DNA of 64,000 bases, taken from Candidatus Bathyarchaeota archaeon (GTDB lineage Archaea > Thermoproteota > Bathyarchaeia > 40CM-2-53-6). Positions 58,089 through 64,000 of the stretch are shown one piece after another. The stretch lies in assembly GCA_963833125.1 (NCBI GenBank), contig CAWHWX010000028.1, positions 95,501 through 159,500 on the forward strand. Reading direction: 5' to 3'. The notes beneath the pieces are model-generated. The model had not been told where the DNA came from and did no database searches. It saw nothing but the letters and a program-made list of their open reading frames with translations. Position 1 is the stretch's first letter. Each line of letters starts with the position of its first letter. Position numbers and translations under genes: made by a program.

Positions 58089-58116
58089 GTGTGAGCACAT
58101 CATTAGGCCCACACAC
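58089..58116 (-). repeat. 28-bp repeat, copy H
   Basis: Reverse complement GTGTGTG-GGCCTAATGATGTG-CTCACAC; lies between two convergent stop codons. Confidence 0.78.
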
Positions 58117-58174
58117 AGAAGACGTCAATTTTCGCCTAATTCGATCGACAGTCGATCAGGATGAAGAGAATATC

Positions 58175-58840
58175 TTACTTCAACTTTGAGTCCAGGAACT
58201 GGAATGTCCTGTTCCAAGCGAGGCTAGCAGCCTTATCGTCAAATTCCGGTCGGTCTCTTTCGAAGAACCAGTGCCTCACTTTAGGGTAGTAGTAAAACTC
58301 AACCTCCTTCCCAGCAGACCTGATCAGCTTTTCGAGCTTTAGTACGCCTTCCTTGGGCTCGAATTCATCCTCTTCAGCAAAATGCCCTAGGAACGATGCA
58401 CTCGACTTCGAAAAGTCCTCTTCTCCCGTTCCGTAGAAGACGACGACTGCGTGTAGGTCAGGTCTCTTTGAGCTAAGCCACAGGGCCGAATTCGCGCCCA
58501 TCGAAAACCCAACAACGCCCACTCTCCGCCCCTTGACCGCTGGATGCGACACTAAGTAGTCGGACGATGCGAGGACCGATGTTTCAAGATACTTGGAATC
58601 CAGCTGAGTCATAAGCTGCTTGGCTTCTTCTCTGGTGTTGGCGACTTTTCCTTCGTATAGGTCCGGGGCGAAAACTATGAAGCCTTCACCCGCGAGTCTG
58701 TCGCAGAATCTTTTGAAAAACTCGTTTAGGCCCCACCACGCGTGCAGCACAATTACTCCAGGTCCTTGAGAAGTCCTCGGCATGCTTAGATAGCCGCTGA
58801 TTCGGACATTCTCAGGATGTAACTCGACGATTTCACCCAT
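58175..58840 (-). CDS. Dienelactone hydrolase family protein
   Basis: HAWWGL, APDLY, GFSMG nucleophile elbow, FYG and HWF motifs. Confidence 0.92.
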   Translation of the reverse strand: MGEIVELHPENVRISGYLSMPRTSQGPGVIVLHAWWGLNEFFKRFCDRLAGEGFIVFAPDLYEGKVANTREEAKQLMTQLDSKYLETSVLASSDYLVSHPAVKGRRVGVVGFSMGANSALWLSSKRPDLHAVVVFYGTGEEDFSKSSASFLGHFAEEDEFEPKEGVLKLEKLIRSAGKEVEFYYYPKVRHWFFERDRPEFDDKAASLAWNRTFQFLDSKLK

Positions 58841-58933
58841 ATTGAATTCACACTAGACTGCACAATGAGGTTGTCATCACTATCATTACATTACTTTCAT
58901 TACATTTTGTATTCATCAGATATGCATTTTGGT

Positions 58934-58961
58934 ATATGTGGTACTACTGGTGCGCACACAC
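58934..58961 (+). repeat. 28-bp repeat, copy D
   Basis: ATATGTG-GTACTACTGGTGCG-CACACAC. Confidence 0.8.
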
Positions 58962-59342
58962 ACTAGATGAACCCCGCACATCGTCTAGCGTCACTGGCAA
59001 GCTAACCCGTTTGTCCGCTCGTTAGGTCTAGCGTATTATTGTTAGACTGGGGAGCTCTACGATAGATCCCCCGAGGCAATTCTTTTTGCAGATTCAAGGT
59101 GCTAAGAACGATAGCGATCGTCACTATAGAAGCAAGGAGTAAGGAGGTTTTCTGTTCGGAATTAAATAGGGTGGATCCACCCCTCGAAGGGTGGAGCCAA
59201 ACGGTGCCAAACGAAGATAGCCATCGCCCCATTTTACCCCTCAATCCCCCCAAACGAAGCAGTTTGCAGCAGCAACCAACAAGTTGACGTTACTGAGCGT
59301 AAAGTGTTAAATGCGGTTGAATGGAGCTAGTTATGATGAGTT

Positions 59343-60314
59343 TTGGTCACTGAAAAACCGAGTCCCGCATCTGACTCCGTGGATCAGTTGCCCGACGATG
59401 GTCGAAGGAAGGTATTTCGCAAGCTACTAGGCCTAGCCGCGTTAGGTATAACCGGAGCCTTGGTATCTCAGGCAAAAACAGGTATCCTACCGGAGGTGCA
59501 TGCGGCTTCCGTTACCACTAGCGCGGGTAGTGGGAGTAACACCTCAGGATATCTATCCTTCTTCACATCATCCTCAGACATAGAGAACAGCAACATCGTA
59601 TATTGGCCCAGTCCCGGTTATCTTGCGATTGGCCCCTTTGGGTATGTACCATCACAACCAAATGCCGCCCTAAGCTTCGGATCCGCCTACAACACAGCTG
59701 GATCAGGTGCGACGAATCTGATCTACCTCTATGAAGGAGCAGGCTCAGCTAAGTATGGCTTAGGTATCAGTACCGGAGAACTCCGAATTTACTGCGGTGC
59801 AGACCTGACCACGAACCGTATTGTGTTCGGGAAATTTGACGGATCTGTCTTCACGGAGTTGATGCACATCAATAATTCCGGTAACGTAGGCATCGGCACC
59901 TCTACCCCCAGCGTTGCTCTGGATGTGGCGGGGGAGGCGCATGCTACGGATTTTGTAGCCACCTCCGACATGCGCTTCAAGGAAGAGGTAGCTCCAATCG
60001 ACAACGCGTTGGATAAGGTCATGCGACTGCAGGGGGTCTACTTCAAGTGGAACCAAAGCTACCGCGAGGTGCTAAAGGGAAGTAACACGAATCGTAGGCA
60101 GGTGGGCGTCATTGCGCAGCAGGTTCGTGAGGTCCTACCTGAGGTAGTGTCCGCATTGGGAGACGAAAGCGGGGGAGGCTACTTGGGCGTGGACTGCAGT
60201 AGACTCACTGCTGTTACAATCGAAGCGATGAAGGAACAGCAGAAACAAATCCAGCAGCTCCTAGAACGGATCTCTACACTCGAGGGTCACGTCAAACGGC
60301 TCACGTCCAGCTGA
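59343..60314 (+). CDS. Putative Tat-exported fibre protein with C-terminal intramolecular chaperone (peptidase S74) domain
   Basis: GRRKVF plus hydrophobic stretch plus VHAA; GNVGIGTSTP; SDMRFK cleavage motif; GVYFKW, GVIAQQV and a C-terminal coiled coil. Confidence 0.85.
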   Translation: MVTEKPSPASDSVDQLPDDGRRKVFRKLLGLAALGITGALVSQAKTGILPEVHAASVTTSAGSGSNTSGYLSFFTSSSDIENSNIVYWPSPGYLAIGPFGYVPSQPNAALSFGSAYNTAGSGATNLIYLYEGAGSAKYGLGISTGELRIYCGADLTTNRIVFGKFDGSVFTELMHINNSGNVGIGTSTPSVALDVAGEAHATDFVATSDMRFKEEVAPIDNALDKVMRLQGVYFKWNQSYREVLKGSNTNRRQVGVIAQQVREVLPEVVSALGDESGGGYLGVDCSRLTAVTIEAMKEQQKQIQQLLERISTLEGHVKRLTSS

Positions 60315-60383
60315 AAATTGTCAACTTGATGCGAAGAGTCCGCGTCACGGAGCCATGCGAGATCCTCTCCCTCTTGAAAATGG

Positions 60384-60797
60384 ATGAATGCAGGATTATG
60401 GATGCGGTGTAGAATGCGGAGTTTCATGTTTTCTCTTTCAATTGTAATTCTAACAGTAGCCGCTCTGGTAACTCTGCCTGCAACCTACTCCCAATCGACT
60501 TTCACAATGTCCAGCATTGCGACAACCCTCACCATACCCGGCGTAACCACCTTGACGATATCGAGCATAGCAACAACCGTCACAGTTGCCGGCGTAACCA
60601 CCGTGACGATATCAAGTATACCAATGACATTCATAGTATCGAGTACGACGTCGTCCATTGCTACGTCAACTGCAACGAGCAGTAGTAGCAGCAGTACTAG
60701 TACTTCTGTCCCCGAATTTCAACCGGATGTGCCAGCCCTCCTCATTGCCCTAATGCTTGTGGCAGCATGCATTGCAGCAAGACGGCGGAAACGCTGA
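60384..60797 (+). CDS. Ser/Thr-rich secreted protein with PEF-CTERM tail and 17-aa internal repeats
   Basis: Signal peptide; 51-bp tandem repeat at 60510-60611; VPEF-TM-RRRKR. Confidence 0.8.
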   Translation: MNAGLWMRCRMRSFMFSLSIVILTVAALVTLPATYSQSTFTMSSIATTLTIPGVTTLTISSIATTVTVAGVTTVTISSIPMTFIVSSTTSSIATSTATSSSSSSTSTSVPEFQPDVPALLIALMLVAACIAARRRKR

Positions 60798-60900
60798 TTA
60801 GTTCGGTCACTCGTTCTTTGCGACTACGACCATAACCGGCTCTTTCTACTTGGGTTGCCCCTCGGCCTGCCATATCGAAGAAGACAGGGAGACGAAACTA

Positions 60901-61449
60901 ATGAAGGAGGGCAAGACGCGAACATCCAACAGAAACGAACTCAACCTCATACGAGAATGGTACCATTACAACTCCACCGTACGAAAGAGATACCTCCAAG
61001 TCATCTCTAAACTACCAGAGGCGCAGCTGACAAAAGATCGAGGCGCATCATTCCCTTCAATCCTCGATATCTTCACCCACGTACTAGATGCTTATCGATG
61101 GTGGTTTCTCTACGTCTGCACAGACAAAGTTCATGAAAGGAAGAGGCTTCGAGACACAGGTCTCAGACTCGACGATATAAAACAAGAAGAGCACAAGATC
61201 GACTCCTTTGTCAAGAAATTCCTGCAGAAACTCTCAACGAAAGACCTTGCAAGAGCCGTTGTCTGGCACGAAGTCGATCCCAAGGGTAAGAGATGGACGA
61301 TTAGGATAACCATGCGAGACATGCTTTGGACCCTGGTGGGGGAGGAACTCCAGCATAGAGGGGAACTCAACGCATTACTCTGGCAAATCGACATCGATCC
61401 TCCAATTACCGAGTGGGTGGACTTCTGGACCGTCGTGAAAGAAAAGTAG
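60901..61449 (+). CDS. DinB family protein
   Basis: YHYN, SILDIFTHV and QHRGELNALL..IDPP motifs. Confidence 0.88.
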   Translation: MKEGKTRTSNRNELNLIREWYHYNSTVRKRYLQVISKLPEAQLTKDRGASFPSILDIFTHVLDAYRWWFLYVCTDKVHERKRLRDTGLRLDDIKQEEHKIDSFVKKFLQKLSTKDLARAVVWHEVDPKGKRWTIRITMRDMLWTLVGEELQHRGELNALLWQIDIDPPITEWVDFWTVVKEK

Positions 61450-61494
61450 AGTTCAAACGACAATCGTGAGCTTTGAACCGTTCGTTATTTTCTT

Positions 61495-61522
61495 GTGTAT
61501 GGTATCGCTGGTGCGCACACAC
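61495..61522 (+). repeat. 28-bp repeat, copy E
   Basis: GTGTATG-GTATCGCTGGTGCG-CACACAC. Confidence 0.83.
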
Positions 61523-61568
61523 ACAGAGGGACGAGGAAAACTTTGATAGCGAGGAATCCGTCACTCTA

Positions 61569-62060
61569 ATGGGTCACATGCCGGAATCCAGCCGACGCGT
61601 TTTTGCTTCACATCATGCCCAGGTCACGAAGACCATCAAGGCGCCGATCAAATACGTGTACGAATGGTGCACCGACTTTCGGAGTGACGACGGGAAATTC
61701 TCGAGCTCGAAGCCGCGTTACAAGGTGATTCATGTGGGGTCGGATCGCGTGGTCCGAATAATTGAGAGGGTCACTCCTATCGAGAGCCCCACGGTAGCCG
61801 TAGTGGAACTCGTCCGATTGATTCCACCTGACGCCTGGCACAAGGATCAGATAGGCGAGACGGACCTTGACGCGGTGGATTACAAGCTTGCACGCCTCGG
61901 TTCTGGACGAACGCGAGTGACCCTATCTCTCACGGAACGGTGGATGACACGAAAGCATCCCACTCGGAGTCAGTGGGTCCGCAACGCGAACAAGTACTGG
62001 GATAATCTAGTGGCTGCCCTGGAAGAGGATTACCGGAAGGGGATGCCCGCCAAGGGCTAG
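61569..62060 (+). CDS. Hypothetical protein, SRPBCC/START-like
   Basis: KTIKAPIKYVYEWCTDF N-terminal pattern and C-terminal helix WDNLVAALE. Confidence 0.65.
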   Translation: MGHMPESSRRVFASHHAQVTKTIKAPIKYVYEWCTDFRSDDGKFSSSKPRYKVIHVGSDRVVRIIERVTPIESPTVAVVELVRLIPPDAWHKDQIGETDLDAVDYKLARLGSGRTRVTLSLTERWMTRKHPTRSQWVRNANKYWDNLVAALEEDYRKGMPAKG

Positions 62061-62315
62061 CGACCCCGTTGTCTTTACGACTTCCTCACTTCCACCCGGC
62101 GTAACATTCCTGTACTTCCCGTCGCAGTACACGCTGAGCTCTCCCACCGCATCGTGGAACGTGCAGGTCAATATCGGCCCTTCCGCTCAGCCGGGGAGTT
62201 ATCCTATAATGATTGCTGCCACAAGCGGTTTTCTCGCCTACAACGCCACCGTCACCGTGGTCTGTCAGTGAGATTCGTAAATTGAACTGGCATCGTAGTT
62301 CGTCGTTTTTAGTCT

Positions 62316-62343
62316 GTGTGTGGGTCTATTGGTGCGCCCCCCC
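62316..62343 (+). repeat. 28-bp repeat, copy F
   Basis: GTGTGTG-GGTCTATTGGTGCG-CCCCCCC. Confidence 0.8.
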
Positions 62344-62354
62344 CAGAAAACTAG

Positions 62355-62522
62355 ATGCAAATCTTCCACAACTACTTACTTACGACCACACATGGTTTTG
62401 AAGGTAAGACTCCTGCTGAGAAAGCGGGAATAGAAGTGAAAGGCAAAGACAAGTGGCTTACCCTAATCCAGAACGCAAGCCAGCGAAAGCTCGTTAGCGA
62501 GTCTGACCGCAAGTCAAATTAG
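62355..62522 (+). pseudogene. C-terminal remnant of a DDE (IS6/IS240-like) transposase
   Basis: Manual translation with indels: QIFHNY..RPHM..EGKTPAEKAGIEVKGKDKWLTLIQNAS, matching the C-terminus I recall for archaeal DDE transposases. Confidence 0.7.
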
Positions 62523-62546
62523 CCCACCCACAGCGCATCTTCGGAT

Positions 62547-62951
62547 TTATCGAAGTTTTGCGAGTTGTTCTGGGGCTCTGGGTTTTCCGTCCTTGAATAC
62601 GGCCTTTGGGACGTAGCGCATCGAGTAGAGTGCCGCTTCGACTAGTACCTTCTCGACATTGCGTCCGAGTTCGGTAAGTTCGTATTCGGCTCGGAGAGGA
62701 TACTCTGACACGATTCTCCTCTTGACAAATCCAGATCGTTGTAGGTCTCGTAGCCTTAGTGAGAGCATCCTCGGGTTTATTCCCTTGATGTTGTCGTGGA
62801 AGCGGCTAAACTGAGTTACGCCTCCAAACATCTCTCTAAGGATCTGAACGGTCCAACGTTTTCCTAAAATTTTGAAAGCAACTTCTATGGGACAGGTCTT
62901 CGTCAGCCCTTTGCAGAATGAATGCAGTTCTTCTATTGTTGTTACGCTCAT
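62547..62951 (-). CDS. HxlR family transcriptional regulator
   Basis: CPIEVAFKILGKRWT, INPRMLSLRLRDL and EYELTELG motifs. Confidence 0.92.
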   Translation of the reverse strand: MSVTTIEELHSFCKGLTKTCPIEVAFKILGKRWTVQILREMFGGVTQFSRFHDNIKGINPRMLSLRLRDLQRSGFVKRRIVSEYPLRAEYELTELGRNVEKVLVEAALYSMRYVPKAVFKDGKPRAPEQLAKLR

Positions 62952-63062
62952 GTTCAGGTTACACTTCTGTAAGCTGGTATCACGAATGTTACGCGAGATT
63001 AATAAGGTTACTTTAGTATACTTGCTATTGATTTACAATAGTATCTCAGGAAAGGGTTCGAT

Positions 63063-63815
63063 ATGTCACGTAAACTTGAAGGAAAAGTTGCGGTCATAAC
63101 TGGCGGCAGCAGTGGTATAGGTTTGGCAACAGCGCAACGATTCGTTAGTGAAGGTGCTTACGTATTCATAACGGGTCGTCGTCAAAGCGAGCTTGACGCA
63201 GCAGTGAAAAAGATTGGAAGAAACGTTACGGCTGTTCAAGGCGACGTTTCAAATCTCGCTGACCTTGACCGATTGTACGCGAAGGTGAAGGAGCAGAAAG
63301 GCCGGATTGATATTGTCTTCGCTAACGCGGGTATGGTGGAATTGGCTCCATTGGGTGCGATTTCGGAGGCGCATTTCGACAAGACCTTTGGTGTAAACGT
63401 GAAAGGAACACTCTTCACGGTACAGAAGGCGCTCCCGCTGCTTCAGGACGGTGGATCGATCATGCTAACTTCCGCGATTGCAGGATCGAAAGGGCTTGAG
63501 AGACTCGGCGTTTACAGTGCCACTAAGGCCGCGCTACGATCCTTCGCCCGTTCCTGGACTGTTGACCTGAAAAGTCGGAAGGTACGTGTCAACGCCATTA
63601 GTCCTGGTCCCATAAACACGCCAATCCTAGACGGACTCGTACATACTGAAGATGAGCGTAAACAGCTGAAGGCGAGTTTCGTGGCTGGCGTTCCTCTGGG
63701 TCGTATGGGTGAGCCGGACGAAATCGCGAAAGCCGCCGTATTCCTAGCATCGGACGACAGTAGCTTCGTAACTGGTATCGAACTGTTCGTCGATGGAGGA
63801 ATGGCACAAATCTAA
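63063..63815 (+). CDS. Short-chain dehydrogenase/reductase
   Basis: TGGSSGIG, NAG, YSATK, NAISPG and VDGG motifs; divergent from the HxlR gene. Confidence 0.95.
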   Translation: MSRKLEGKVAVITGGSSGIGLATAQRFVSEGAYVFITGRRQSELDAAVKKIGRNVTAVQGDVSNLADLDRLYAKVKEQKGRIDIVFANAGMVELAPLGAISEAHFDKTFGVNVKGTLFTVQKALPLLQDGGSIMLTSAIAGSKGLERLGVYSATKAALRSFARSWTVDLKSRKVRVNAISPGPINTPILDGLVHTEDERKQLKASFVAGVPLGRMGEPDEIAKAAVFLASDDSSFVTGIELFVDGGMAQI

Positions 63816-63893
63816 GCATCCGAAATTGGTCGATCAAAGAATCCTGATTATGTGATAGGCAGTCACGGTTGGAGGCCAAGTTCTCGTAAGGGG

Positions 63894-63921
63894 GGGTGCG
63901 GGTCTATTGGTGCGAACACAC
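63894..63921 (+). repeat. 28-bp repeat, copy G
   Basis: GGGTGCG-GGTCTATTGGTGCG-AACACAC. Confidence 0.78.
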
Positions 63922-64000
63922 AAATTTGAACCGGGTGATTTATGTGGATATCAGGACCGAGCAGGCTAGCTTGAACAGTTTTGGTTGACGTTGCTTTGGT

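Overview
Archaeal chromosome segment from the TACK group. Bathyarchaeia is my best guess, based on the integrase type, the PEY/PEF-CTERM tails and the gene content; a deep-branching Nitrososphaerota-like lineage is not excluded. Core genes include a 2-oxoacid:ferredoxin oxidoreductase, Alba, a complete Cdv/ESCRT-III division cluster (three ESCRT-III genes, CdvA, CdvC/Vps4 and an embedded Lrp regulator), argS and ferritin. An aerobic-type respiratory module (Rieske, cytochrome b, CuA cupredoxin, heme O synthase), an orphan nuoN and part of the A-type ATP synthase operon are also present. Accessory DNA falls in three groups: (1) a small integrase element inserted in the 5' half of tRNA-Arg(CCG), with two copies of a convergent 'double sorting-tail' module in four unrelated surface-protein genes; (2) tandem islands at the 3' end of a multi-intron tRNA-Cys gene (sugar catabolism; Mo/W and divalent-metal uptake; SNJ2-like integrase); (3) two stress/detox regions (43.6-47.8 kb and 58.1-64 kb). 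The main unexplained signal is a dispersed 28-bp quasi-palindrome, GTGTGTG-N14(ending TGGTGCG)-CACACAC. It has about 9 recognisable and 2-3 degenerate copies, occurs only between accessory genes, delimits 1-3-gene modules and sometimes forms inverted doublets. Many genes, including core genes, carry single-base frameshifts, most likely long-read indel errors.
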